The translations under genes and the position numbers were made by a program. DNA of 64,000 bases from Dicyema japonicum. Its lineage: Eukaryota; Animalia; Dicyemida. Of the stretch, positions 1 through 12,539 are shown one piece after another; position 1 is the stretch's first letter; every line of letters starts with the position of its first letter. The stretch covers positions 212,504 through 276,503 of the forward strand of contig RDEW01000034.1 in the NCBI GenBank assembly GCA_011109175.1, written 5' to 3'. Below the pieces are notes generated by a model. The model saw only the letters and a list, made by a program, of their open reading frames with translations. It had not been told where the DNA came from and did not search any database.

Positions 1-1189
1 GATATTTCATTTTAATTAGTACAGACAACTTTTTGGCAAGTAAACGCCGTAGGTGGACCCAGTCAATATCAAAATCTCTGAAGAAATCAAAAATAGTTTT
101 TAGAACATTTACTATGTATTTATTTTTTTATTTACAAAACAAAATGAGAAAAATATAGTTAGGGTAGTATTTGGAAAGTTCACTGCTGACATTACGGACA
201 ACTGCAATCTCCATTCGTTGCCTCAGCCAGACTCCTTCCCGCACGTCTTTTTTACGATGGGACAATTTCCCCCGATTTCCCTCAATTGAACCGACTGGGG
301 GTATATAAGTTAAATCATAACAACTATAAATTTATTCTTGTGACAAAACGTCTTTATATACATTTTAAGACATCTTCATTTGACCTTGGATCGCTTAATT
401 TCAATTCGAATCATAAACTTTCCGCTCAACTATTATTATTGCTAGTACCATGACCATGTTAATATTAAATTACACGCTTCAAAATCAGAAGCGCTGAATT
501 CTGTTAGTAAAGATCCTGAAGATGATTGGAACGATAAAATTTTCAGTTGCTGCTTCTCTGAAATCTATTTTCTGTTGGATATTTGTGAGATGAAAAATCC
601 CCTAAAACTCAGTCCACTGTCACTCCTTATGTTGATTTTTCCTTCTGATATGTGTCCGATTGTCCAAAGCTGATGATTGTGCAGTTTCGATTTGGGAATG
701 TCCAACCTGCTACTTCAGCAGCTCTGCAACAACTCCCACTTTATGCAAAGAGTCGGTTTCGGCTAAATTTAATTTTATAAAATATAAAGAACATTTTAGA
801 GAACTACGGATAAAAATATAGCAGTCAGAAAACGTTGAAGAAAATATTTCCAGTCAATACCAGCAACTTTTGTGAAGAAATTGGGCCTCTGCGCCGTCAG
901 CTTCAAATTTTTCAAATTACTATATACTAGTAACAGCAAGTAGTGAAGATCCGTCATAGAGGCTTTTCTTAATAAGTCATTAGTTTTGACGATAGTTGTT
1001 CAGTGTGATGAGATGTTCACGTTCAGAGGAAGTCAAAAAACTAGCTTGATAACAAAGTGGATTTTAGAAAAGTTCCCATTTAAAAGAGTTCAAAATTTAA
1101 TTTCATAAAATGAAATTTTGTGATAAAATTAGAGTTCGAAACAAATATATATGTTAGACAGATATCGGTTCGAATTTTGATGATTCCAT

Positions 1190-1360
1190 TCTGGCTGAAG
1201 GCTCCACGCATTTACGATGCATCTTGTCTTGAAGAGTGACATCGTCAAACTCACACACAACCAAAAAAAGTGAGAACATGTCTTAGCCCTTTTATTAACC
1301 CCAGGCTTACAATCTATGGTAAGCCCAGCACAAAAAGTCACAACTAATTAATAAAGGAAG
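1190..1360 (+). repeat. Short dispersed repeat, LINE 5'-region-like
   Basis: gaagg(c/t)tccacgcatttacgatgc is shared with ~27797 and ~30757; the ttacaatct..ggtaag.ccagcacaaaaagtcacaactaattaat part recurs inverted at ~40030-40080. Confidence 0.6.
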
Positions 1361-1447
1361 GAACTTAAAAGAGAACATCTGCTTGTCCCGACCAAATCCA
1401 TCCTCCAATAGTACATTAAAGACTTCCGCTTCAGAAGAAAAGTGGAG

Positions 1448-1548
1448 AAGTAGGTTTGCCTTCTTCCATTTTCATCAAACGCCCTACCGTCGCAGACATC
1501 GCTTTATTCTTAGGAGGACGAGTTTTCATATGTAATCTTCACCGGTGG
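1448..1548. repeat. Unclassified ~100 bp dispersed repeat, copy 1 of 3
   Basis: Aligns by eye with 46381-46482 and 57350-57450 (core ccatttt(c/t)atca ... ttcttag ... ttttca ... cttca.. gg), all in the same orientation. Confidence 0.6.
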
Positions 1549-1716
1549 ATTTGGACAATTAAAATCACCTATTCAGTTGTTTTTAGGTTAATGTTTTTTA
1601 TTTAAATAATTTTTTATAAAATTTATTTGTTTAAAAAAATAATAATAATAAAATAATTGTAATGTTATAATATTTAAGTTATTTCTGATGCAGTGTTACA
1701 AGTTTGAAACATATCA

Positions 1717-2200
1717 CTGGTCTAGAACATCCCTGCCACTCCCTATGCAAGCCGCTAAAAAAAGGAAAATTATTATGACAACCAGTGACATGTCTCGAAT
1801 GTTATCATCCATTTTTCCATCCCAATGACAGGAGTCGTCTGAAACAGATACACGATTTTGTTTCTACAAGAAGCATCCGAAGACTCGGAGACAATAAAAT
1901 ATTACAGCGACCCCCTCCTCCAATAGACCAATCAGAATCTTCTCTTTCAAAGGACGTGCGAGTAAACCTGGCTCGTCTACGATATGGGCACCACCAATAT
2001 CTATCAACATATGATATTCTCTGCCCCTTTTGCAACCTCCACGTGCTGACAACAAATCACCTATTTCAATGTCATGAATTGGCACAACGTTTCTCCACAA
2101 ACTGTCCGATCTATGGGAGCGACCAACATCTGCTGCGTCCTACTTAATAGCTGCTGGCCTCCTACAAGTTAGTGAGGCTGAGGTTACTTAACTAACTAAG
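1717..2200 (+). mobile_element. 5'-truncated I/jockey-group-like LINE 3' end (family A) with (TAAC)n tail
   Basis: ORF 1785-2147 has LARLRYGHH...CPFC..TTNHLFQC (C-terminal Cys/His knuckle); tail ttaactaactaa at 2188-2199; flanked by ~33 bp imperfect direct repeats at 1684-1716 and 2219-2250. Confidence 0.7.
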
Positions 2201-2984
2201 ATTAGCAGCATTGCGGAGTCTGATACAGTGCTACAAGTTTGAACATATCATAGAAAACATCTACATTCGGTGTTAAGGTCCTTTTATGAGAGATCAGCAA
2301 CAATATTCGGTATGAAATATTGTCTCCTAGAAGATACAATAAAAGGGAGAGATGGGGCTGTTTGAACATATCCTCAGAACGGACTTGAGGTTATTAAATA
2401 AATTCAATATCTGCTGGTTGAGTAGTTGACACCTCTCTTGTCTTCATCGTACTCTTTGTCTGTCTATTCTCCCCCGTTCACTATTGCAACTCTCAACGTC
2501 AGAGGACAAGCCTCGAACACTAAACGGGGACTTTATGCATGGATTTCTCAATGAACTACGGAGACATGCGAGAGCGAAAGTAACACGGAGAAAACTGGTA
2601 AAACGGATAGTGAAGAGCACGACACAAGCGGAACCCTAAGTATTCATGTCTTAACGACATATAAAGTTATAGTCAGAGACATTGTACTTCCCATTTGGTC
2701 AACTTTCCTAATAAAAATTGAAGAATGTGGACAAGTTGTTAAGGAACAACAATTCATGGTTCCGTTAACGCCTTGCGATCACAATCGTTTGTTGTAATGC
2801 TCCCTGTCTCTTGATGGGTTACTATAGTAACCATAGACTTTGCTCAATATAGTATTTTTGCTGAAGTGCTGATGTCATTTTCTAAAAATGGGGGTACTGA
2901 TTTAGCCTAGGGTGATGAGAAAAAAGGATATAATTAATTTTCAGTGATTTAGCCTTTCTTTAATAATTTTTTAAATAAAAGTTA

Positions 2985-3850
2985 GCCATTTGACACGGCA
3001 AGTCCTTCATAACACTATTGGACTTCGCTGGAATGAGTCATTTGACGAAGCTTGTCGGAAATGGAACGGGTCCGGACTCAAAATCTCCAAAAACAACAAA
3101 GCAAAGTAATTGGGATAACATTGTATGCTCCAAAAATTGTAAGACCTTAAAAAAAGCAAATCAACATCTCTGGCATGTTTGGTGTCAGCTTCAAGTGGAG
3201 GGAGTGGCATGGCTTGGTGCAATACCTTGCCCAAACCTCGGGACCTTTTTGGACGACGATTCTTTGAGGATTAAAATCGGACAATGGATGGGACTAGACG
3301 TTAGCCAGGAGCATTGATGTCGATACGGGAAAACAGTCGATGCGAAAGGATTGCACCCGCTGTCCTGCAGAAAAAACGCCGGAAGAGGACCACGTCATGC
3401 TCCTCTGAACGATGTGATGGTCAAAGCTTTGAAGGCTACAGGCTACCCAACACAGCTTGAATCAGTGGGTCTTGATCGAGGAGATGGAAAGAGACCTGAC
3501 GGGATGACGCTTTTCCCCTTCACGTCTGGAAGATCTTTGGTCTGGGACGCAGTGTAGACACGTTCTCAAGCACGAATATTTTCAAATCGGTTCAGACACC
3601 TGGAGCAGCTGCTTCGACTGCGGAGAACCTAAAAATATTCTTCCTCGGGGACCGCTACCGATTTACTCCTGTTGCGACCGAATCATCGGGAGCTGTTGTC
3701 CAATGACGGCTGAGTTCTTGCGATAACTCGGAGGAACGCTTGCCAGAAAGAAAAGGGATCAACGAGAAGGGTTATGGCTGAGACAAAAGATTGGAATGGC
3801 CATACTCCCAGGGAACTCGTTCGCAATCCACGCAGGGCTTCCTCAACTGA
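2985..3850 (+). mobile_element. CRE-clade non-LTR retrotransposon 3' part (CCHC knuckle + RLE), frameshifted
   Basis: [63 protein letters not shown] motifs; closely similar inverted copy at 38795-39690. Confidence 0.85.
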
Positions 3851-3964
3851 CATTTGTTTTTTAAAAATTATTTTATTAAGAAAATAAAATAAAAAAAATA
3901 ATTAAAAATGTTTTGAACGAATAAAAACATTAAAGAAAAAGTGAGTGAACCAGATATGAAGAAT

Positions 3965-4693
3965 ATGAGTTTGGGAGAATATAGTTCTCTCGTTTTCTCA
4001 GAGTGCCTGTCTTTCGAGGATGGTTTGTCTTATTTGTAACCCAAACAGCAATTAAAGTAGTAAAAGTTCGTGCTACATCCATGCAGAAGGCTTCGGAGAT
4101 GACTAATGGAGGGATGATTTTTATAATGGTCAACGGAATCTCTAACATCGAAGACTGCTGTAAGGCGGCTATTGAGCACTGCCATTCTGTGGGAATCGAT
4201 AATTCAGTTTGCCAACCTGCAAATTATCTTTCTTCCTCATTTCAAGTAATTGTTGGCTCTGAGGAGGTGACTATTGCCTTAATTGTAGGCTTTGGAGTTT
4301 ATCGAAGCGAATAGTTCAAAATTAGGAATTCGGAAAGTAAGAGGCTTCAGGTCAGTGGGGCCTTTCATACTCAGATGATGAATTTTGCCTGCGATGAACT
4401 CAAAGATGTCTTAAAGTTTGTTTTTGACTAAATTTAGCAATGTTAAATTTAATGAGCCCAAAATTAACGTAATTTCTAATCTATCAGCCAAACCGTACAA
4501 AAACGTCGAGGAGATCAAGGATTTGTTAGTCTGCCAGGTTGTGTCGCCAGTAAAATGGCAACAAACCATGGAATATTTGTTTAAGCGAAATGTTTACGAA
4601 GTCGGTCCTGGTAGGCAACTGAAACCTCTAATAAACTCTTCTATTGATGCAAAGTACCGTGATCAGCATTCCTATTATTTTGTGGAAGTGTGA
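3965..4693 (+). pseudogene. MCAT: Malonyl-CoA:ACP transacylase, mitochondrial type; 5'-truncated, 3 tiny introns, one -1 frameshift
   Basis: Spliced translation SLGEYSSLVF..VKVRATSMQKASE..CQPANYL..VSGAFHT..VVSPVKWQQTM..EVGPGRQL parallels human MCAT; GT-AG introns 4023-4048, 4267-4288, 4416-4437; 1-nt deletion near 4339; N-terminal half absent. Confidence 0.85.
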
Positions 4694-5299
4694 TTTTTAC
4701 TAAAATATTTGTTCTGAATGCGCTTTTTTTCACATAAATTTATGTGGTTTTGCTTTAAGATTACTTTTATGTTATAATTGTCACCGCCTTAAGGTAGATT
4801 TTCCCGATTTTCTCCAATTTTTGTTCCAGGTGAGATTCAAACCCCACGGCATAGTGAATCCGGCCCTTTCATATTATAATATCTAATGCAAGGTCCAGTT
4901 GCACTGGGAATCCAGCAGTCTCGAGTTTTTTTATTAAAAGGTGACCTTATTTATTTACCAGCCGATCGTTTTCTACATTTTTCACGAGGAGGTGAGCCAA
5001 ACGTCATGTTCATTCGATGAGACGAGGTAGCTCACCCTTGTATCATCTGACTATTTAGCATTATTCCACGTAATGCAATTTAACTGGTTGAGGTGGTGAC
5101 GACGCCTCCATTGCACTATGTCTTATTCGTATTCCTTACTTGTAGGAAATGCAATTGTCCCGGAGTTATCATCTATAAAGTCCCAAAAAAATTATTAATA
5201 ATATTAAAATTACATATAGTACATATTTTTATTTAAAATATTAATATGAAACATGTATCTATTGAATCTAACACGTGATATCTTTGAAAAAATTATGAT

Positions 5300-6620
5300 C
5301 TACTGTGCTATTAATAACAGATCGAACAATTCATTTTCAAAGATTTGAAACCCTACTTTATAAAAAATGGTATAGAACTGAGATACTTTTGTTCGGAAGA
5401 AGCAGAACTTAAAGATGGTTTATGTCGTCCAATTTATTCTAGGCTTAACATAATCACTTTGGACGAGATAAATTATATGGTTTATTGTCACTTTCCCTCA
5501 ATATTGCTACACGTACAGAAGTTAGTTATGTGGTTTCTAACTGTGTTTATTGTGAGGTATCAAATATAGTGATTTTAGTCAAAACGAATCGAGAAGATAC
5601 TTTACCCCTCACACAATTCGAAGGATAACCTTGTTCACTTAATAATGTGTTTACGGATTCCGAGATTCGCGGAGCACTCCTTCTCCTGAATAACAACAGA
5701 GCAGCTGGCTTTGACAATATTAGTGGAGAGTTTAAAATACGCACCAATTCAGCTAGCAGAAAAGTTAACTTTTATATTCAACAAGATATTCAGGACTCAT
5801 TGTTCAATTGACATCGCGATGGGAGCTCTACTTACTTTACAAAAACCTGGCAAACCTGCAGGTCCAATTGAAAATCTCAAGGCCGATCGTGGGTGACCAC
5901 TTTGCGAAAAACATTGTCGATTACAACATTGAATATCAAATTCAGTTGACCAATACTTGTCACCAAGTCAAAGCGGATTCAGACTAGAAAGATCAACCGC
6001 TGATATAGTATGGAGTCATCGGTGGCTTACGGCAATATGTCAGAAAATACTGAAAACAACAATGTATATTCTGCGAGTCAACTTATCGAAAGCATTCGAC
6101 TGTGTTTGCCGAGATAAACTATTGCAAGTTCTCAAGGACATAGTACGTTTTTTGCTGGCTGACACAAGCCTCATAGTGAAAGTGGGGAAGGGCTATTCGG
6201 AAAGATTCACGACCGGAATGGTACTCCGCAAGGGGACTCGCTTTCGCCAGTTCTCTTTGCAATCTATTTGGAAGCTACGATGAGGGACGCTGGAGAAGAA
6301 TTGGGTCACTTAAATAATCATTTTATGGAATTAATCGATGTTGATGACATCTGCTTTGTGTCTGAGGATGTGGATGTACTAAGAACTGTAGTAGATAAAG
6401 CCACAACAATTCTGGAGAAGTGGTCTTTGAAGATCAATTCAGAAAAAAACAGAGTTAATTTCGATTCAGCGGTTACCGACACGGATTGATAAGAAATGGA
6501 GGTTTACTAAAAGGCTCTGCTTGTTTTTTGGGTGATGCTAGGTACATTGCTCACAGAAAGATGTTGGCATTGTGTGCACTGAAAAAGATGTGGAGTATTT
6601 GGACTCGCAGAAAATTACCT
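5300..6620 (+). mobile_element. RTE-clade LINE reverse transcriptase region, degraded
   Basis: LTLQKPGKP, SQSGFR..RSTADI, LSKAFDCVCRDKLL, GTPQGDSLSPVLF (across a frameshift) and degenerate DD motif. Confidence 0.8.
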
Positions 6621-6849
6621 AAGATTAGTCCGAAACTAAAGTATTGATTAATTTAAACATGTCAGATGCTGGCACCTATCAAATCACCTCAGCGCTCGCG
6701 ACATAATATACTTGTTTTTGTAGCATTGTCACGTAGTGATTCATTAGATAATAAAACAAAAAATAGCTTTTTCACGTTGTGGTCGTTGTGGTGCCAAGAA
6801 GAAAGTAAAAAGAAAAGAAAAAGAAAGGAAAATCAGAAAACTAATCAGT

Positions 6850-7810
6850 CTAAGTCTGACTCTGTCACTGCCCTGCTATGGATCAAGATACACTCAAAGA
6901 ATTACTACTTTTACTTGCGAGGTCAAAGAGCTGTGCAAGTCTTGCGGATATTGCAACACGAATTGTACATCTTGCAGAAGATATTTCCACCTCGGGTGTG
7001 TCCGAATGTCGAAATTGGATGCGAGATCTTTTTACAAATGGGACTACGCATAATGTATGGATTCCGACCTCGCTCAGTGCAGCCATTCGACTGAATTCAG
7101 TCATCCCTCTTATTCTGGACAAATCGAACCATTTTTGTTACGCCTATCGGAGAGTCGGAAAGGTAGACGGATTCCACTGAGAATACCAAAGGCCGCATGA
7201 ATTCTCGCTGCTGAATGCCTCACGTCATTAATTGATAAAGCCATCAGCATCAGCGACCAGGCCTCTTGGATTCGTCTACTAAGCTTTGGATCAGTGACCT
7301 TTGTAATTTCTTCCTTGAAGCAAGCTCGCAACGAAACACTGGCCTCAAAAATCAAGAAGAGTACTTCTGCCTTTTTGGCCACTTAAACGCAGCAAAACTC
7401 TGGAATCTAGCCTGAGCAAGTATTTCGGTGCAAACAGTTGTCTACAGAAGCTGGGAGTAAACAGGAAGATTCTAAAGCATTTCGAGAGACGGGTGAACCG
7501 AAAACTGATGGAAGGGGACGTTCGCGCAGCTGCAAGAGCCATGCCGTGTAGTCTCTGAGTTATTGAGAAAGGAGCACCCTGTTCCACCACCGAACCAGTG
7601 GAACTTGACAATGTCAGAAGATCTCCCGGCATTTACTCCCACGGAATTTGAAGTAGTGGGTGGAATATTGTCTTTTGCATCCAGTAGTTGCGGAGGCCTG
7701 GACGGACTGCGCCCAAGCATACAAAGGACTTTACCTCTGAAGCTACTGCTGAAGCTCCGCCGAGCCTTGTTATCGTCTATCGCCTTGCTGCTCACTCGAA
7801 GTTAATGGCG
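6850..7810 (+). mobile_element. CRE-clade element, N-terminal/pre-RT region, degraded
   Basis: RIPKAA..AAECLTSLI..SWIRLLSF, KLMEGDVRAAAR, SFASSSCGGLDGLRP; related to 55320-56150. Confidence 0.7.
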
Positions 7811-7970
7811 ATACATGGATTTGTCAGTTACCCCCAATAAAAGGTCCAAATTTTTCGACCAAAACTACCTCTAGAAGTAACCGAATGTAACCAGACTGTA
7901 CCATAGTATTACTTACAATTATAATGAATTTTAGTTATATTATATCTCACTTTTGAAAAAGTTTTTTGAC

Positions 7971-8884
7971 CACGTGCTTTTTAGTTTTTGTGGTACACTT
8001 TTATTTCGATTTAAAGTGCTTAGGAGACATGAAATAAGTAGTTTATTATTGCATTTGTAAGAAGAAAAGTGTTTAAATTAACAGTTTAAAAAAATAAAGT
8101 TTTGATTTTTTACCCACGTGGGCTGTCTCCCAGTGTCCCCCATCTCAGGGATCTCTGGGTTCTTGTATTAATGCCTAGAAATGATTAAAGTTGAAAGTTT
8201 TTGAAATTAGCATTGAAGGTCACGCCACTTGACAGGAGTGATATTAGTGAAATTTCACGAAACTCAAAGTCTTCATTTGTGATCCCTGGGGGACCGAAGG
8301 TCAGGACAAGTATGCCAGTCTTAAAGGGGCAACATATATGCAAGTGCGTACCCGAAAAAAGTTGGGGCAAGTGGGGTCAAATCCCGGAGAATCTGTATCT
8401 ATTCGGGGACCAGAAAAAGTGCTTGTTTTAAGCTCAAAATAACACTTTTAATAATTTGGTTTTAGAAATTAAAAAGCTATTTTTTAAATTGATTTAATAA
8501 GCTTATTTGTTAATTTGCTTTAAATATTTCAATAGCAAATGAGCCCCGATTTATTTGGAGTACCCACATGTCTTGACCACCTGGGCCCGACCACGTGGGT
8601 AATTTTTTGAGTGTCTAAATTTTTAAGTTTCCTAGCTTAGACACGTGCCTAAAATATATTAATTAAATAGAAAGTTATAATTAAGCCCTAAAACAGATTT
8701 TTAGGTTCAAATTTAATATTTAATGACCACGTGATCAGTTTTTTTTTTGTGGTAGACACGTGTTAAAATAAAAAATAATTAAATAGTATAATTAAATAGT
8801 TAATTTAAAGCTTTTATTTGGCTTTTTAACTGAATTTCTAACTCAGATGGAGATATCTAATTCTAGTTAGAGATAAGGCACGTG
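7971..8884. repeat. Cluster of 7 CACGTG palindromes in an imperfect AT-rich tandem module
   Basis: CACGTG at 7971, 8115, 8592, 8642, 8728, 8757, 8879; recurring GACCACGTG and (A/G)(G/C)(A/G)CACGTG..TAAAATA-type contexts. Confidence 0.85.
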
Positions 8885-8934
8885 CTTAAAATAAAAAAAA
8901 ATAAATAAAAATGTTAAAACAAAATTATAAAACA

Positions 8935-8995
8935 ATCTCTGGGACTCGAACCCAATCTCAAATAGCTGTCTACCTAGTATTGACAACTGAGGTTT
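8935..8995 (-). repeat. Degenerate tRNA-derived (SINE-like) head
   Basis: Minus strand reads gggttcgagtccc (Pol III B-box) with a weak A-box-like cctcagttgtc upstream; no cloverleaf. Confidence 0.3.
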
Positions 8996-9099
8996 TTTGG
9001 CAAAAAATATTTTACTTAACCTATGTCTATTACTTATTTTTAGGTGTACATTTCCAGCTAATTTAATAAGGTGTAATTAAGCCGTAATTTCTTAATTAG

Positions 9100-10150
9100 T
9101 AATGTTAAAAATTTGGAGAATTCAACTCTGCCATTTCGGGTGCAGTCTCCGACAAGCAGAACAACTTGAATTTGTAGTTCGTCGAAATTGACTGTATTTG
9201 TAAGTCATCGTATTCACCACACTTCATCTTTGGCGTGGTGTTTCTGCTGGATTATTTATTCAAATGGAACTTTCGGGGGTAAAATCAGTCACAATCTTCT
9301 GTCTCGACTTGTCAACGACAAATTCTTCAAAGGAAATGGCTGAAATACTGCGGAATCCCCTCACATTCCTAACATAAATGGATCCCCTGGATACTTCTAC
9401 GATCAGAAATCAAATTATAAAACCAGCAAGTGATCGAAGGTCGAAATTCTCTATTTGTGAGTCCGAGATCATGATCCCTCTGGCCATGAAGAGATTATTC
9501 CCATAATCAAGCTCAGATTGGACAATTTCAGTTCCTTGGCAGTAACCTTGTATATTAGAAGATAGTCAGTTATCTTCAGTCTTCATTACAAAAAACCTCA
9601 CGAATTCCTCCAAGAAAATTGAGAGTCTCGTTTTGCTGGAGGCTCACATGAGTTATTTCCAGCGGACCCACCACTTTGGTGCAACCTCCGTATATGCCTC
9701 TGTACAACCTGAGTCGATCCACACCAGAAGAAGTCGACAAACCATTAGTTATGGAATAGCAGACTACCATACAACATAATAAGACCTTTTTTGCCGACCC
9801 TACTCCGTGAAATATGGGAATATGTCAGGAAAAGTGTCAGAAGCAGCGACATTACACACGAAATAACGTTCTTGGGTGATTTTCGTTTTAATATAGTGAC
9901 CGAACGATTAATTTTTCCCGCTTATGATAATTACAGCTGTCGGCTGAATCTGGCCTGTAATTGAGAGTGCTTGAGGGAGTCTTGTAGACATTCTTAAGTG
10001 CCTTAGGACGATTAATGACAAATTGGAGGAATTACTGCTGTTTTATTAAATTTCATGTCAGATTTTAATGAAATTTATTTCCTTGTTGTAACAGTGCATG
10101 CAGACTTGGAGCTCGTATTATTCTGAATTATTAGATCAATTGAAACACTC
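9100..10150 (-). mobile_element. CR1/L2-type LINE RT fragment, highly degraded
   Basis: Minus-strand NYRP.., VVGPL, degenerate FADD and DLGIMIS motifs in the expected order. Confidence 0.55.
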
Positions 10151-10254
10151 GGATTATTCACCTTGAGGATGAATCATTTATCGAGCTTTAATTTGCATGC
10201 AATTCAAATTTTTTATTATTATTGATTTTAATAATTTAAAAATAATTAATTAAC

Positions 10255-10562
10255 ACAGCGATTCATCCAAAGTGGTCCTCACCGACATTATCGACTTTGC
10301 GTTGCCTCTCACGATTGCAACAGAAATCAACTGGAGAAGCAACCGGTTCACATGTGCGTCGTGGCTTTCTAGTGTAGCTAGGCGTTCAAGTTTCTTTAGG
10401 AAGCGAAACTATTTTCCAATTATTCCTCCAGTTGTCTCGACCACAATTGGATAGAACGCAAATCGGTCTCGTAGGGCTTCGTATTTCTTCTCCTTTGCCC
10501 TCATCGTTTTTTCCGCGACATGGAGTGTGTCTACCGCGCTTTCGACAATGTTGGATGGGCAA
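10255..10562 (-). mobile_element. CRE subfamily 2, 3' end
   Basis: KEKKYEAL..FYPIVVETTGG..FLKKL..LLQLISVAIVRGNA; homologous to 29030-29155, 31960-32110 and 41580-41850. Confidence 0.75.
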
Positions 10563-11599
10563 AGTAAAACTTGATAATTTTCAATTTATTTACAAAATTC
10601 TGTTTTGGTAACGTGCAGACTTAGGGATTGGCTTAGATTGGTGATACCCGGTTCAATAAGTTTTCTGAAATGAATACGAGTCATCCCACCTAAAATTTGC
10701 GGTGTTGATTTCATAGATCCTCAGCTTTCACGTCGAGTCATGGTGGAAAAGCAAAGAGATCAAGAACTTCTCCACCAAAGCATAATTAATGGGATTTAAA
10801 ATCAATCGGCAACTCAAATATTAGTGAAAACATTGATTAAACAAATTGTTTGAATATTTCTCATTTATGACGTAATCTCTCCATATACCCATGATCAGGA
10901 TGACGTAAGCGTAACTAAGACTTATTATAAGGACCTAACAGACTATTAGAAATGACCTGAATCGATGTTCCTCCCGCAATGAAGCGATCTGACGAGATAG
11001 GGAGAGAGAATAGTTCTTTTTCATGCCCACTGGCACTGGGTGCCCCCAAAATAGGATAACCGCATGACAATATGCTAACATATGTGAAAAATAACATTCT
11101 AAGATCCCTTTGCTTTATGTAAGTACGTAATATTAGCGTCGTCCCTGGACAAAATTAACTCCTTACAGGAAAGGACAAAGCTTTTATACTGAGTCAAACA
11201 AATTCTACTCTTCTAACTCCACTGTCGGAGCCGTCAATACGAAGGAATGGCCGCGGGTTACTCCGGTTCTGCAAGAACACGGAATCCACTATGTTTCTCC
11301 TTGGCGCAATCTGAAAATGTAAGACCTATACTCAGACATCAGTCCCCCATCGATTTGTTGCAAAAGGCAAAAATCCAGACACTTTCGGTAAGAGGTTGGG
11401 TCCCTCGATGAGCACAGGATGAAGATGGGGAAGTGGTAAGGGGAACCGTGATACCTTAAAATGCAACAGCTCAATACCACTACCGAAAGTCTTACAAATG
11501 TTAAATTGAAAAAATAAAAAATCAATTAGTAATATTTTTAGATTAAGAAACGTGAAATAAATTTTAGTTGTCAAAAAAATGATTTCTGTTTGTCAAATG

Positions 11600-11730
11600 C
11601 AAAACGCTTTCGTGATACACCGAGAACTATCCTCCCGGTCATTTTACGTAACGATCTGAAGGCCGTGAAAAACGATCTGGACTCGCTGAAGAACCTAGCT
11701 AAAAACAGAAGAGCTTGGAGCAACCTAACT
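11600..11730 (+). mobile_element. RTE LINE extreme 3' coding remnant
   Basis: RTILPVILRNDL..DLDSLKNLAKNRRAW resembles the RTE ends at 20035-20350 and 44539-44822. Confidence 0.5.
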
Positions 11731-12049
11731 AATTCTCTTATATTCTTTGCTGTACATGCGGGGCTATAGATATTATGGCTCTCGTAAAAGTGCTAATTAT
11801 AATAAAAAGCGCTTTAAGTGCGTTTCAGACATTTGTGCAATAGAGATGTCGTCACCACCTCAACTTCAATTTCTTATTGACTGCGAATAAAATCTAAGAA
11901 ACCTCTAAGAATTGAAAATTTTATTAATTTCCTTATTTTGGGAATTAACTATTAACTCCCTTGTTTCCTCCTATATATCAACAGTAATGGAATAGAGTAC
12001 GATAGACCTCGAAACGTTAACGACCATTGAAGAGAAGGTTGATTTAGTC

Positions 12050-12290
12050 ATAACTGAGTGCGAAATTTCTATAAAAGATTTTCCATGTATGCAAATATAT
12101 GTGGACAGTCAAATAGAGGAATACATATCGTGCTTCATTCGAGGATTCATAGAAATAATATTTGCATCAAACAGGAAAATAAGAGTTTCGAAAATGAAAA
12201 TGAATTGAAAATTAGTTTATGTTTTATTTCGAATTTAGAGTTTTTTATCAAAATTATTTCGTTGGTTTTTTTTCAAAACTCTGATAAATC
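12050..12290 (+). mobile_element. Possible hAT transposase C-terminal dimerisation remnant
   Basis: IKQENKSFENENELKISL weakly resembles the hAT dimerisation motif IKTKxRNRLxxExDLRxxL. Confidence 0.3.
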
Positions 12291-12539
12291 CCTGAGATTT
12301 AAAATTTCTCAAATCTGTTAAAATGTAATTTTTTTAATGTGAAGTATAACGAGTGTTTTTTTTTCCAAAAAAGTAATATTTGTCAAATAATGTTTTAAAG
12401 AAATGTTTTTATTGAGAGAATGAAGAAATAATGTTTTAAACGACAAAGAAAAATATCCTCAACTTTATGTTAAATAAAATATTTTATTTATACTTGTTAA
12501 CAAAAAACCTTGAAATGGCGCAGTGTTATGAGTACCAGA

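Noticed and set aside
7110-7795. Antisense ORFs opposite TE frames (e.g. 7110-7382, 7472-7795, 21407-22066, 39274-39636) as genes
   Set aside because: They are shadows of GC-richer retrotransposon coding sequence on the opposite strand
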